The notes: generated by a model not told the origin, from the sequence alone. A stretch of 64,000 nt of DNA from an uncultured bacterium (GCA_965233195.1 CBDDSB010000026.1:210901-274900); one strand, 5' to 3'. Counted from the first letter of the stretch, positions 1 to 11,780 are shown. A program made the numbers and translations.

Positions 1-69
1 GCTCTCGAGGCATGGCTCGAGCAGGGCGGCGGCGTTGCGGGTGATGAGAACGGCGGAGAGAGGGTTCAC
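1..69 (-). CDS. Glycosyltransferase family 2-like protein, N-terminal 23 codons only (runs off the window)
   Basis: The reverse complement from GTG at 69 reads VNPLSAVLITRNAAALLEPCLES. This resembles the typical GT2 N-terminus (LSVVIITxNEE..L..CL.S). It is divergent from waaC. Only 23 aa are visible. Confidence 0.35.
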   Translation of the reverse strand, partial: MNPLSAVLITRNAAALLEPCLES

Positions 70-120
70 CTGCAGGGGTTCACCGGCGGGGGAGGGTTCA
101 ATGTGATTCAATTCTAGCGA

Positions 121-1041
121 ATGACAACAATACTGTTCGTCAAGACTTCCTCCCTTGGCGATGTAGTCCACAACTGTCCGGCGGTCTCCGATGTGGCGCG
201 CGCGCTGCCAGGGGCGGCGATCGACTGGGTGGTCGAGGCGCCGTTCGCCGGCGTCGCGGCGATGCATCCGGCGGTGCGGCGCGTGATTCCCGTGGCGGTG
301 CGCCGCTGGCGTTCGGCGCTGTGGAAGCCGGCGGTCTGGTCGGAAATGGCGGAATGGCGGCGCGCGCTGCGTCGCGAGCAATACGACGCGGTGATCGATA
401 CGCAATCGCTTCTCAAGAGCGCGCTGATCAGCGCATCGGCGCTCGGCCGGCGCCATGGCCTGGATCGCGCCACCGCGCGCGAGCTGCTGGCGCCGATGTT
501 CTACGACGTGCGCCATTCCGTGCCGCGCGGCCTGCATGCGGTGGAGCGGAACCGGCGCTTGGCGGCCCAGGCCCTGGGATTTTCAGTTTCCGATTCCCCG
601 GACTATGGGCTGCGCGTCCCGGCCGCGGCAAAATCCTCCTATGCCGTGCTGCTGACCATGACCAGCCGCGCCGACAAGCTCTGGCCCGACGAGCGCTGGG
701 TGGAGCTCGCGCGCGCGCTGCGCATGCCGACGATGCTGCCGTGGGGGAGCGAGGCGGAGCGCGATCGCGCGCAGCGCATCGCCGAGAAGGCCGGCGGCAC
801 GGCGATTCCGCGGCGCCTGGGCATCGATGAGCTGGCCAATCTCTTCGTCGGCGGCGCCGCGGTCGTCGGGCTCGACACCGGCCTCACCCATTTCGCCGCC
901 GCGCTTGGCGTGCCGACCGTCGGCATCTACTGCGGCTCGGACCCGGCGCTCACAGGAATCTACGGCGCGCCGCGGGCGAGCAACGTCGGCGCGCCTGGCC
1001 GCGCTCCTGACGTCGCCGAAGTGCTCAGGCTCATTGCATGA
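121..1041 (+). CDS. waaC: Lipopolysaccharide heptosyltransferase I
   Basis: 306 aa. The N-terminus ILFVKTSSLGDVVHNCPAVSDV...IDWVVEAPFA...RVIPVAVRRWR closely parallels E. coli WaaC (VLIVKTSSMGDVLHTLPALTD...FDWVVEEGFA...RVIPVAIRRWR). Confidence 0.85.
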   Translation: MTTILFVKTSSLGDVVHNCPAVSDVARALPGAAIDWVVEAPFAGVAAMHPAVRRVIPVAVRRWRSALWKPAVWSEMAEWRRALRREQYDAVIDTQSLLKSALISASALGRRHGLDRATARELLAPMFYDVRHSVPRGLHAVERNRRLAAQALGFSVSDSPDYGLRVPAAAKSSYAVLLTMTSRADKLWPDERWVELARALRMPTMLPWGSEAERDRAQRIAEKAGGTAIPRRLGIDELANLFVGGAAVVGLDTGLTHFAAALGVPTVGIYCGSDPALTGIYGAPRASNVGAPGRAPDVAEVLRLIA

Positions 1042-2261
1042 GAAAGCTGTACACGATCGCATTGCGCCTTGCGCTACCGCTCATCCTGCTACGGCTGTGG
1101 TGGCGCGGCCGCCGCGAGCCGGGCTACCTGGAAGGCATCGAGGAGCGTTTCGGCTTCTACAGCGGCCCGCGGCCCGAGAAGGTGGTCTGGGTGCACGCCG
1201 TGTCGGTGGGCGAAGCGCGCGCCGCCGCGCCGCTGGTGCGGGCCCTCAAAGAAGCGCTGCCCGATCATGCCGTAGTGATGACCGGCACCACCGCGGCCGG
1301 CCGCGAGACCATCAAGCAGGTGTACGGCGAATCGGTGATCCCGACCTTCCTGCCCTACGACTATCCGGAATCGGTGCGATCGTTTCTCGAGCGCTTCCGG
1401 CCGACGGTGGGCATCCTGATGGAAACCGAGATCTGGCCGAATCTCCTTTCCGCCTGCAGCACCCTCGGCGTCCCGGTGGTGCTCGCCAACGCGCGAATGT
1501 CCGAGAAGTCGGCGCGCGGCTATCGGCGCTTCCGCTCGCTGATGGCGCCCGCGATCCGCAGCCTCGCCGCCGTGTGCGCGCAGAGCGAAGCCGATGCCGC
1601 CCGCCTGCGCGACCTCGGCGCGCCGCGCGTCGAGGTGACCGGCAACCTCAAGTTCGACGTCAGCCTCGATAGCGCGCAGCTCGCCGCCGGGCGCGCGTGG
1701 AAGGCGAAGGTCGGGCGGCCGGTGCTGCTGCTCGCGAGCACGCGGGAGGGCGAAGAGAAAATCCTGTTAAACGAGTTGGGTGCGCAGGCGTTTCTCACAG
1801 TGGTCGTGCCGCGCCACCCGCAGCGCTTCGACGAAGTCGCGCAATTGGCAGACGCCCGGCGCAGCCGGAACGAGGCGCCGAAAAGCATCTATCTCGGCGA
1901 CACGATGGGCGAGATGGCGTTCTACTACGGCGCCGCGGACGTGGCGGTGATCGGCGGCAGCCTGCTGCCGCTGGGCGGGCAGAACCTGATCGAGGCGCTG
2001 GCCGCCGGCGTGCCGGTGATTGTCGGGCCGAGCATGTTCAATTTCGCCGAAGCGACGCGCCTCGCGCTCGAGGCGGGCGCCGCAGTGCAGGTGGCGGATG
2101 CGCAGGCCGCCTTGCTGCAGGTCAAGGAACTGCTTTCAAATCCGCAAAAGCGCGAACACATGGCGGCTGCCGGGAAAACCCTTTGCGCGGCGCATCGCGG
2201 CGCCACTCGGAAACACCTTGAAGTACTTATGGCCGCCGTTCTTACTGCAGGGCGCGGTTGA
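1038..2261 (+). CDS. waaA: 3-deoxy-D-manno-octulosonic acid (Kdo) transferase
   Basis: 407 aa. Has VWVHAVSVGEARAA and the GGSL...GGQNLIEA motifs typical of KdtA/WaaA. A 4-nt overlap with waaC suggests an operon. Confidence 0.85.
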   Translation: MRKLYTIALRLALPLILLRLWWRGRREPGYLEGIEERFGFYSGPRPEKVVWVHAVSVGEARAAAPLVRALKEALPDHAVVMTGTTAAGRETIKQVYGESVIPTFLPYDYPESVRSFLERFRPTVGILMETEIWPNLLSACSTLGVPVVLANARMSEKSARGYRRFRSLMAPAIRSLAAVCAQSEADAARLRDLGAPRVEVTGNLKFDVSLDSAQLAAGRAWKAKVGRPVLLLASTREGEEKILLNELGAQAFLTVVVPRHPQRFDEVAQLADARRSRNEAPKSIYLGDTMGEMAFYYGAADVAVIGGSLLPLGGQNLIEALAAGVPVIVGPSMFNFAEATRLALEAGAAVQVADAQAALLQVKELLSNPQKREHMAAAGKTLCAAHRGATRKHLEVLMAAVLTAGRG

Positions 2262-3591
2262 CTTCCACCAGGTCTTCCTCGCGCAGGCTGCCGGCGGCGG
2301 CCTTGAGCCGCAGGGTGTTGGTGATGGTGTTGTAGCGCGCGAGCGCCAGGTCGCGGCGGGTGAGGAAGAGCTGCTGCTGGGCGTTCAGCACGTCGATGTT
2401 GATGCGGACCCCGACTTCGTAGCCGAGCTTGTTCGAGTCGAGCGCGCTCTGCGACGAGACCAGCGCTTGCTCGAGCGCGCCGACCTGGGCGATGCCGTTG
2501 ATCACCGCGAGATAGTTCTGCCGCGCGGAAAGGGCGGCGTTGCGCCGCGCGTTCTCCAGCTCTTCCCGCGACCTCAGGGCCAGCGCCGCCGTCTCGCGCT
2601 CGCGCGAGCTGATTGCGCCGCCCTGGAACAGCGGCATGGCGAGCTGCAGGCCGATCGCGGTCTCCGTGGTGTCGCGCCCGGCCAGGCTTATGGTCGTCGT
2701 GCTCGCCCCGGTCTGGCCGTGGGTGGCGAAGAAGTCGAGCGTCGGCAGGTGGGCGGCGGTATTGCGCTTGGCTTCGAGGGAGGCGACTTGGGCGCCGGCT
2801 TCGGCGATCTGCACCTGGTAGCCCTGCTTCTCGGCGAGATCCACCCAGGTCTGCATGTCGTTCGGGTTGGGCGGCGTGAGGCGGATGTCGGCGCGCAGCG
2901 GCTTCACTTCGCCGGTCTCCTTGCCGGTGAGGAGCTGCAGGGCGCGGCGCTTGCTCTCCAGGTCGTTCTGCGCCGCGATCTCCTGCGCGCCGCTCAGGTC
3001 GTAGCGTGCCTGCGCTTCGTGGGTATCGGTGATCGTCGCCGTCCCGACCTCGAAGTTGCGCTTCGCCTGTGCGAGCTGCTCGGAGATGGCCTCGCGCTGC
3101 GCGCGCACCAGCCCGAGCGTGTCCTGCGCGGCCAGCACGTCGAAGTACGCCTGCGCGACGCGCACGATGAGGTCCTGGTAGGCCTGCCCGAAGATGGCTT
3201 CCGCCTGGCGCACCTGGTGGCCGGCCTGCTCGTACTGGATCCAGTTCTGATAGCGGAACAGCGGCTGGGTAAAGGTGAGCGTGTAGCTGCCCGATTCCGG
3301 ATAGCGAGTAAAGCTGGGGGAGATCGCCGGGTCGCGCGAATCGACCTCGGTGCGGCTGCGCGAGGCCTGGCCCGACAGGTTGAGCGTGGGCAGCAATAGC
3401 GCGCGTCCCTGCGGCAGGCGCTCCCGGCCCGCTTCGAGCGAGTGCCGCGCCGCGGCAAACACCGCGTCGTAGCTCTGCGCCTCGCGGTAAACCTGGAAAA
3501 GGTCCTGCGCCGCCGCGGTTAGCGGCAGCACAAGGAGTACGAGTGCCTTAGTAAATCGGCACAGCCGGATCGACGAGCCGCGACCAGGCAT
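2242..3591 (-). CDS. tolC: TolC-family outer membrane efflux protein
   Basis: Signal peptide ...ALVLLVLPLTAAAQ followed by DLFQVYREAQSYDAVF and repeated coiled/beta TolC-type segments. Start chosen at ATG 3591 (M12 of the ORF-track entry); ATG 3624 is an alternative. The 3' end overlaps waaA convergently by 20 nt. Confidence 0.8.
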   Translation of the reverse strand: MPGRGSSIRLCRFTKALVLLVLPLTAAAQDLFQVYREAQSYDAVFAAARHSLEAGRERLPQGRALLLPTLNLSGQASRSRTEVDSRDPAISPSFTRYPESGSYTLTFTQPLFRYQNWIQYEQAGHQVRQAEAIFGQAYQDLIVRVAQAYFDVLAAQDTLGLVRAQREAISEQLAQAKRNFEVGTATITDTHEAQARYDLSGAQEIAAQNDLESKRRALQLLTGKETGEVKPLRADIRLTPPNPNDMQTWVDLAEKQGYQVQIAEAGAQVASLEAKRNTAAHLPTLDFFATHGQTGASTTTISLAGRDTTETAIGLQLAMPLFQGGAISSRERETAALALRSREELENARRNAALSARQNYLAVINGIAQVGALEQALVSSQSALDSNKLGYEVGVRINIDVLNAQQQLFLTRRDLALARYNTITNTLRLKAAAGSLREEDLVEVNRALQ

Positions 3592-3874
3592 CCAACCCCC
3601 CTTGCAAATTATGGATTTTGGCAAAGCCGTTCTTCTCGAGAAACATCGCTACCTGCTGGCTGCGCCCGCCATGATGGCAGATTGCCACCACTTCGCGCGC
3701 GGGTTCGAGCTCGCCCACCCGCGCTGGCACTTCACGCATCGGGATATGGGTCGCGCCTTCGATGCGCGCCGTCTGCCATTCCCAAGGCTCGCGTACGTCG
3801 AGCAGCAGAGGCTTCTCGCGGCCGCCATCGGCCAGCCAGGCGGCAAGCTCTGCCGGAGCAATCTGCTTGATCAA
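3548..3874 (-). CDS. Single-domain rhodanese (sulfurtransferase)
   Basis: 108 aa with the active-site loop CHHGGRS and LLLDVREPWE, typical of a GlpE/PspE-type rhodanese domain. Confidence 0.8.
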   Translation of the reverse strand: MIKQIAPAELAAWLADGGREKPLLLDVREPWEWQTARIEGATHIPMREVPARVGELEPAREVVAICHHGGRSQQVAMFLEKNGFAKIHNLQGGLDAWSRLVDPAVPIY

Positions 3875-3888
3875 GTCAGAACCTGAAT

Positions 3889-4539
3889 CTAAAACCTAAA
3901 ACGCGAGGGACGCTCGGCGTTGGCCAGCGGACCGATTACCGTCTCGAACAGGTTGTTCGAGCGCCAGCCCGTCCCGCTCGACACCACGATGCGGGCAGCC
4001 ATCGCCGGCGCCTCGCCGACCACGGCGAAGAGGCGGCCCCCCGGCGCGAGCTGCTCGGCCAGGCTCGGCGGCAGAAGCGGCGTGGAGCCGGTGAGCACGA
4101 TCACGTCGTAGGGTGCGTGCGCCGGCCGGCCGCGCGCCGCGTCGCCGATTTCCAGGGTGACGTTGTCGGTGCCATGGCGCTCGAGGTTGGCGCGGCCGAA
4201 GGCGGCGAGGGCGGGATTGATTTCGACCGAAACCACGTGCGCGGCGCGATGCGAGAGCAGCGCCGTGAAGTAGCCGCTGCCGGTGCCCACTTCGAGTACG
4301 CGATCGGCCTTGCGCACATTCAATTCCTGCAGCACACGCGCTTCCAGCTTCGGCTGCCACATGCGTTGACCCTCGCCGATGGGTATTTCCAGGTCCGAAA
4401 AGGCGAGCGCCCTGTGCTTTTCCGGCACGAACGCTTCGCGCGGCACGACGTAAAGCAGATCGAGCACGTCCTGGTCGAGCACTTCCCAGGTGCGGATCTG
4501 CTGCTCCACCATATTCGTGCGCGCCTGCTCTAGATTCAT
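3889..4539 (-). CDS. pcm: Protein-L-isoaspartate O-methyltransferase family protein
   Basis: Start trimmed to ATG 4539 (MNLEQARTNMVEQQIRTWEV...). SAM-binding motif VLEVGTGSGY. The longer ORF-track N-terminus would run through the thiC riboswitch region. Confidence 0.8.
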   Translation of the reverse strand: MNLEQARTNMVEQQIRTWEVLDQDVLDLLYVVPREAFVPEKHRALAFSDLEIPIGEGQRMWQPKLEARVLQELNVRKADRVLEVGTGSGYFTALLSHRAAHVVSVEINPALAAFGRANLERHGTDNVTLEIGDAARGRPAHAPYDVIVLTGSTPLLPPSLAEQLAPGGRLFAVVGEAPAMAARIVVSSGTGWRSNNLFETVIGPLANAERPSRFRF

Positions 4540-4571
4540 GGGCCAGCGGATTATAATCGTCGTCTTAGCGT

Positions 4572-6530
<1,959 letters not shown>

Positions 6531-6531
<1 letters not shown>

Positions 6532-7331
6532 TGCGCGTGGGCGAGGGGCTGCTCGCGCTCGGCAAGATCGGGCTGGTGATCGTCATCGCCTTTCCGCTCT
6601 TCATGTACGTCGCTCAGGACAGCCTCATCTTCCATCCGCAGCCGCTGCCGGAAGCGCGCCGGGCCGCCCTCGCCAGCCGGCCGGGGGTGGACAGTCTCTT
6701 TATCAACGCTGCTGACGGCGTACGGCTGCATGCGTGGCACGTCAAGGGTGACCCACTAGTCATTTATTTCGGGGGCAATGCGGAGGAGGTCTCGTGGATG
6801 CTCGACGACGCGACGAGGCGTGCGCCCGGCGTCGGCTGGCTGCTGGTCGATTACCGCGGCTATGGCTCGAGCAATGGCTCACCTTCGGAAAAAGCTCTCG
6901 TTTCAGACGCGCTGCAGTGGTATGACCATTTCAAGGGCGCTGAACGGATTTACGTCTTCGGCCGCAGCCTCGGCAGCGGCGTTGCCGTGCAGCTCGCCGC
7001 CGAGCGCCCGGTCGCTGGCGTGATCCTGGTCGCACCGTTCGACAGCCTGGTCGAGGTCGGCAAGCGGCATTACCCTATCCTGCCGGTGAACTGGCTGCTC
7101 AAGCACCGTTTCGATTCGGCCGCGCTCGCGCCCAAGATGAAAACGCCGCTTCTGTGTATCGTCGCCACCCACGATGAAATCATCCCGGCCGAGCACGCCA
7201 GGCGCCTCTACGAGGTGTGGGGCGGACCGAAGCAATGGATCGGCCTCGAAGGCGCCGGGCACAACAGCACCGACAACGCGGCGAACTATTGGCCGAGTAT
7301 TCAGAGATTCCTGAATGAAAAATCGTCTTAG
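6531..7331 (+). CDS. Alpha/beta hydrolase with an N-terminal membrane anchor
   Basis: Start at ATG 6531 overlaps the thiC stop (TGATG). N-terminal hydrophobic helix, nucleophile elbow GRSLGSG, and HD...GAGH toward the C-terminus. Confidence 0.7.
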
Positions 7332-8120
7332 GTGAAGAACCTTCTTGATGCACTGATCCTCGGCATCGTCGAGGGCCTGACCGAATTCCTGCCGGTTTCG
7401 AGCACCGGCCACCTGATCCTCGCCGGCGACCTCCTCGACTTCGATCACCCCAGCCGCGATGTCTTCTACATCGCGATCCAGACCGGCGCGATGCTCGCGG
7501 TGCTGTGGGAATATCGCGCGCGCTTCTTCCGCGTCGACCTGCAGCTCTGGCGCAACCTGATCGTGGCGTTCATCCCCGCCGCCGTTATCGGCTTGCTGGC
7601 GGGCGGGTTCATCAAGAACTATCTGTTCAAGCCCGTGCCCGTGGCTCTTGCTTTCATCATTGGGGGCGTGATCATCCTGTGGGTCGACCGCGGGGAACGA
7701 AATTCAAGAATTCAAACTACCCGGGCCATGACGTGGCTTGATGCACTGAAAGTCGGCTTTGCCCAGTGCTTCGCGCTCATCCCCGGCACTTCGCGCTCCG
7801 GCGCGACGATCATCGGCGGCATGCTGTTCGGGTTATCGCGCCAGGCAGCGACCGAGTTCTCGTTCTTCCTCGCCGTGCCGACGCTGATCGCCGCCGGCGC
7901 CTACGACTCGCTGAAGCACCGCGACCTTTTCTCGGTCAATGACCTCGGCATGTGGACCGTCGGCCTGGTCGCGTCGTTCGTTTCCGCGTTCCTGGTGATC
8001 CGTTGGCTGATCCGCTACGTCGCCACCCACGACTTCCGCTGGTTCGCCTGGTACCGCATCGCCTTCGGCATTGTGGTGCTAGCGACGGCTTACTTCGGCT
8101 GGGTGAGCTGGACCCCGTGA
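7332..8120 (+). CDS. uppP: Undecaprenyl-diphosphate phosphatase
   Basis: 262 aa, GTG start. Has the [19 protein letters not shown] and [10 protein letters not shown] motifs of UppP/BacA. Confidence 0.9.
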   Translation: MKNLLDALILGIVEGLTEFLPVSSTGHLILAGDLLDFDHPSRDVFYIAIQTGAMLAVLWEYRARFFRVDLQLWRNLIVAFIPAAVIGLLAGGFIKNYLFKPVPVALAFIIGGVIILWVDRGERNSRIQTTRAMTWLDALKVGFAQCFALIPGTSRSGATIIGGMLFGLSRQAATEFSFFLAVPTLIAAGAYDSLKHRDLFSVNDLGMWTVGLVASFVSAFLVIRWLIRYVATHDFRWFAWYRIAFGIVVLATAYFGWVSWTP

Positions 8121-8202
8121 ATTCGGGGACGGAGCGCTAACTCCGAAAGCTGCGCCAGCCGTGGAGTTAGTGCTCCGTCCCCGAATTCCCGTCCCCGAAT
8201 TC
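8119..8202. repeat. REP-like palindromic element: two inverted 26-bp copies plus a 14-bp partial copy
   Basis: The left arm GAATTCGGGGACGGAGCGCTAACTCC (8119-8144) pairs with GGAGTTAGTGCTCCGTCCCCGAATTC (8163-8188) with one mismatch. It is followed by CCGTCCCCGAATTC (8189-8202). The element fills the whole gap between the convergent stops of uppP and the rhodanese gene. A third copy is at 13166-13190. Confidence 0.75.
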
Positions 8203-8638
8203 AGCTTTGGGTCCAGGGCAGCCCGGCCTTGCGCCATCCCCCGACTGAATTGCGGTGCTGGTCCGAGTCCTTGTCGCCCTCGAAGCCCTCGAGGATGTTG
8301 TAGGCCTCCTTCCAGCCAGCGCGGGTGGCGGCCTCGGCGGCGGCGTTGGAGCGCGCGCCCGAGCGGCAGAGGAACATGACCGGCGTTTCCTTAGGCACTG
8401 CGGCCGCAAGCTCAGCCAGGAATTCGGGGTTTTCGCGGTTGCCGGGATAGGTCTGCCACTCCACTGCCACGCTGCCCGGCACCTTGCCGACATAGAGCAG
8501 CTCGGGCTTGGTGCGCACGTCGACCAGCTTGGCCCCGGCCTGCATCAGCTTGTGGGCCTCGGCCGGGAGCAGGGCGCCGGCGTAGTTCAGCGCCATCTTT
8601 TTGCCGCGTTCGCGCGCCGTTTTCTTGACGTCTTCCAT
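8201..8638 (-). CDS. Rhodanese-domain sulfurtransferase
   Basis: Start trimmed to ATG 8638 (MEDVKKTARERGKK...). Active-site loop CRSGARS. About 145 aa. Confidence 0.7.
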   Translation of the reverse strand: MEDVKKTARERGKKMALNYAGALLPAEAHKLMQAGAKLVDVRTKPELLYVGKVPGSVAVEWQTYPGNRENPEFLAELAAAVPKETPVMFLCRSGARSNAAAEAATRAGWKEAYNILEGFEGDKDSDQHRNSVGGWRKAGLPWTQS

Positions 8639-8727
8639 ATGCCCTCCAATTGTGCAATAAACTTGGGTGTGCCCCGCAGCGGTGCGCATCCGTGATTAAA
8701 ATGCCCCAGAAATCAGCACCCGCGTTT

Positions 8728-8743
8728 TGGCATGGAATGTGCT
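8728..8743 (+). promoter_or_regulatory. Candidate sigma-54 (-24/-12) promoter for glnA
   Basis: TGGCATGGAATGTGCT has GG and GC at the canonical spacing of TGGCAC-N5-TTGC. It lies about 60 nt upstream of the glnA ATG, and glnA is a classic NtrC/sigma-54 target. Upstream NtrC sites were not confidently identified. Confidence 0.5.
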
Positions 8744-8801
8744 GAAACGCTCAGCCTACACCTACACCTAAACCACCAAACCGGCTCAGGAGACCTTTCA
8801 G

Positions 8802-10217
8802 ATGGCGATGACGCCCGATGACGTATTGAAACTCGTCAAGGACAAAGAGGTGAAGTTCGTCGACTTCCGCTTTACCGACACGCGGGGCAAGGAGCAGCAC
8901 GTCACGGTGCCGGTGAAGTACTTCACCAAGGAGAAGTTCGAAGAGGGTCACGCCTTCGACGGCTCCTCCATCGCCGGCTGGAAGGGCATCCAGGCCTCCG
9001 ACATGCTGCTCATGCCGGACGCGTCCTCCGCGCGCATGGATCCATTCACCGACGAGCCGGTGCTCAACATCAGCTGCGACGTCTACGAGCCCCAGGACGG
9101 CAAGCCCTACGACCGCGATCCGCGCTCGATCGCGAAAAAGGCCGAGGCCTACCTGAAGCAGACCGGACTGGGCGACGTGTGCTACTTCGGCCCCGAGCCC
9201 GAGTTCTTCATCTTCGACGGCGTCACCTGGGATGTCGGCATGTCGGGCTGCTTCGTAAAGATCAAGTCGGAAGAGGCGCCCTGGTCGACCGGGATCGACT
9301 ACGAATCGGGCAACATGGGTCACCGCGCGCCGGTCAAGGGCGGGTATTTCCCGGTGCCGCCGATCGATACGCTCGGCGATATCCGCAACGCCATGGTGCT
9401 TGCGCTCGAGGCGCAGGGCGTCGAGGTCGAGGTGCACCACCACGAGGTCGGCGCGATGGGCCAGTGCGAGATCGGCACGCGCTTCGCGCCGCTGGTGCAG
9501 CGCGCCGACTGGATGCAGATCCTCAAGTACACGGTGTGGAACACCGCTGCGTCCTACGGCAAGACCGCGACCTTCATGCCGAAGCCCGTGGTGGGCGACA
9601 ACGGCTCGGGCATGCACGTCCACCAGTCGGTGTGGAAAGGCGGCAAGAACCTGTTCGCCGGCAACGGCTACGCCGGCCTGTCGGACTTCGCGCTGTTCTA
9701 CATCGGCGGCATCATCAAGCACGCCAAGGCGCTGAACGCGATCACGAACCCGGGTACGAATTCGTACAAGCGCCTGGTGCCGGGCTTCGAGGCGCCGATC
9801 AACCTCGCCTACTCGGCGCGCAACCGCTCGGCAGCATGCCGCATTCCATTCGTCTCCAGCCCCAACGGCCGGCGCGTCGAGGTGCGCTTCCCGGATCCCA
9901 CGGCGAACTCGTATCTGGCGTTCTCCGCGATGTTGATGGCGGGCCTCGACGGGGTGCAGAACAAGATCCATCCGGGGGAGCCGATCGACAAGGATCTCTA
10001 CCACCTGCCGCCGGAAGAAGCGAAGAAGGTGCCGAACGTGTGCGCGTCGCTGGAGCAGGCGCTCGATTGCCTGCGCGACGATCATGCGTTCCTCACGCGC
10101 GGCGGCGTGTTCTCGGAGGATTTCCTCGAGTCCTACATCGCGCTGAAGAACGATGAGCTCACCCGGTTCCGCATGACCACGCACCCGGTGGAGTTCGACA
10201 TGTACTACGCCTCTTAG
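8802..10217 (+). CDS. glnA: Glutamine synthetase type I
   Basis: 471 aa. Canonical GSI sequence (e.g. [10 protein letters not shown]). The adenylylation-site region NLYHLPPEE contains the Tyr. Confidence 0.95.
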   Translation: MAMTPDDVLKLVKDKEVKFVDFRFTDTRGKEQHVTVPVKYFTKEKFEEGHAFDGSSIAGWKGIQASDMLLMPDASSARMDPFTDEPVLNISCDVYEPQDGKPYDRDPRSIAKKAEAYLKQTGLGDVCYFGPEPEFFIFDGVTWDVGMSGCFVKIKSEEAPWSTGIDYESGNMGHRAPVKGGYFPVPPIDTLGDIRNAMVLALEAQGVEVEVHHHEVGAMGQCEIGTRFAPLVQRADWMQILKYTVWNTAASYGKTATFMPKPVVGDNGSGMHVHQSVWKGGKNLFAGNGYAGLSDFALFYIGGIIKHAKALNAITNPGTNSYKRLVPGFEAPINLAYSARNRSAACRIPFVSSPNGRRVEVRFPDPTANSYLAFSAMLMAGLDGVQNKIHPGEPIDKDLYHLPPEEAKKVPNVCASLEQALDCLRDDHAFLTRGGVFSEDFLESYIALKNDELTRFRMTTHPVEFDMYYAS

Positions 10218-10240
10218 GCGGCTTGTTGTTGATTTTGTTA

Positions 10241-10268
10241 AGCTTCCGGGGATGGATGCCCGGAAGCT
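10241..10268 (+). promoter_or_regulatory. Perfect 10-bp stem hairpin whose loop contains the start codon of the next gene
   Basis: AGCTTCCGGG (10241-10250), loop GATGGATG, then CCCGGAAGCT (10259-10268). The ATG at 10252 is in the loop and no U-tract follows. Position corresponds to the glnA-ntrB intercistronic terminator known in enterics. Confidence 0.45.
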
Positions 10269-10728
10269 GCTGGTGGTGCTGGCCCTTGGCTCGTTAGCCA
10301 TGCCGGCGTCTGCCCAGCTCACGGAGATCTTCAAGTGCCGCGACGCGCGGGGGCATTGGACGTATACGAACGACCGGCGCCAGGCCGAGAAGGAGAAGTG
10401 CGAGCTGGTGGCGAGCCAGATCAACGTCAGCCCGGCGCAGAAGGCGCGGCCCGCGTCTGCGCCCTCGAACTTCCCGCGCGAATCGAGCGCCGAGCGCGCC
10501 GCCGGCAAGGGGCGCCAGCGCGAGATCCTGCAGCAGGAGCTCGCCAGCGAAGAGGCGGCGCTCACCAAGGCGCGGCAGGCGCTTGCCGAGCAGGAGTCGG
10601 TGCGCAGCGGCGACGAGCGCAACTATGCGCGCGTCGAAGAGCGTCTGAAGCCGTTCAAGGAAAGCGTCGAGAGCCACCAGAAGAACATCGAAGCGCTGCG
10701 TCGCGAGATCGCCAACCAGAGCCGTTGA
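10252..10728 (+). CDS. DUF4124-like periplasmic protein
   Basis: Signal peptide MDARKLLVVLALGSLAMPASAQ followed by IFKCRDARGHWTYTN, which is characteristic of DUF4124. The C-terminal part is charged and coiled-coil-like. Confidence 0.6.
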   Translation: MDARKLLVVLALGSLAMPASAQLTEIFKCRDARGHWTYTNDRRQAEKEKCELVASQINVSPAQKARPASAPSNFPRESSAERAAGKGRQREILQQELASEEAALTKARQALAEQESVRSGDERNYARVEERLKPFKESVESHQKNIEALRREIANQSR

Positions 10729-10751
10729 AGTGCTTGTTGGGCTCGCAGTGA

Positions 10752-11776
10752 ATGGCTGCGGCCACTTTTGCCGGCCTCGACCTGCTCGCTACCGCGGTCG
10801 TCATCCTGGATGACGAGTTCGTGGTGCGCTACGCCAACCCCGCCGCCGAAAACCTGCTCACCGCCGGAGCGCGCAGCCTGATCGGCCAGCCGTTCCTCGG
10901 TTTCTTCGCCGAGCGCGAGGAGCTCGAGCGCTCGCTCGAGGAGGCGCGCGTCATCCATTGGGATTATTCGGCGCGCAACGTCACGTACGTGCGCACCGGC
11001 CGCGAGCCGGTGCCGTTTTCATGCACCGTCACGCGCATCGACGCTTTCGGCCTTGGCCTGCTCGCCGAGCTGCGCCCGATCGAGCACGAGCTGCGCCTCG
11101 CGCGCGAGGAGCGCCTCGAATCGGAGCAGAGCGCGAACCGCGAGCTCATCCGCAACCTCGCGCACGAGATCAAAAACCCGCTTGGCGGGCTGCGCGGATC
11201 GGCACAGCTTTTGGAGCGGGAGTTGGATCGCGCCGAGTTGCGCGAGTACACGCAGGTGATCATCAAGGAAGCGGACCGTCTGCAGAACCTGATGGACCGC
11301 ATGCTCACGCCGCACCGCGCGCCACGCGTGGAGCCCATGAGCGTGCATGAAGTGCTCGAGCGCGTGCGCAGCCTCGGGCGCGCGGAATTCGGCATCGACA
11401 TCGAGCGCGATTACGACCCGAGCCTGCCCGAGCTGATGGCGGATCGCGAGCAGCTCATCCAGGCGGTGCTCAACATCGCGCGCAACGCGGCGCAAGCCGG
11501 CGCGCGCACCGTTATTTTCCGCACGCGGGCGCTGCGTAACATCACCATCCGCAAGCAGCGCCACAAGCTGGCATTAGAATTGCAAGTCATCGACGACGGC
11601 CCGGGCGTGCCGGCGGAGATTCAGGACAAGATCTTCAATCCGCTGGTCTCGGGCAGGGAAGGCGGCACTGGTTTGGGGCTCTCACTCGCGCAGACGTTCG
11701 TCCACTATCACCACGGCGTCATCGAGTTCGAGTCGCGGCCGGGCCGAACAACATTCAGGATTCTGCTGCCGCTGAG

Positions 11777-11780
<4 letters not shown>
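10752..11780 (+). CDS. ntrB: Nitrogen regulation sensor histidine kinase
   Basis: N-terminal PAS-like region, H-box LAHEIKNPLGG, and N/G boxes (NIARNA, DDGPGVP, GGTGLGLS). It precedes ntrC with a 4-nt overlap. Confidence 0.85.

Noticed and set aside
2020-3399. 459-aa plus-strand ORF overlapping tolC
   Set aside because: It lies antisense to a well-supported TolC-family gene. The translation is Arg/Ala/Gly/Leu-rich low-complexity typical of shadow ORFs in high-GC DNA, with no recognisable motifs.
8419-8430. GAATTCGGGGTT inside the rhodanese gene as a possible fourth REP copy
   Set aside because: Only the first ~10 nt match and the GACGGAGC.CTAACTCC part is absent. This is most likely a chance match within coding sequence.
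8751-10622. 623-aa minus-strand ORF covering glnA and the DUF4124 gene
   Set aside because: It lies antisense to the highly conserved glnA. The composition is shadow-ORF-like (very Arg/Ala/Val/His rich) with no domain signatures.
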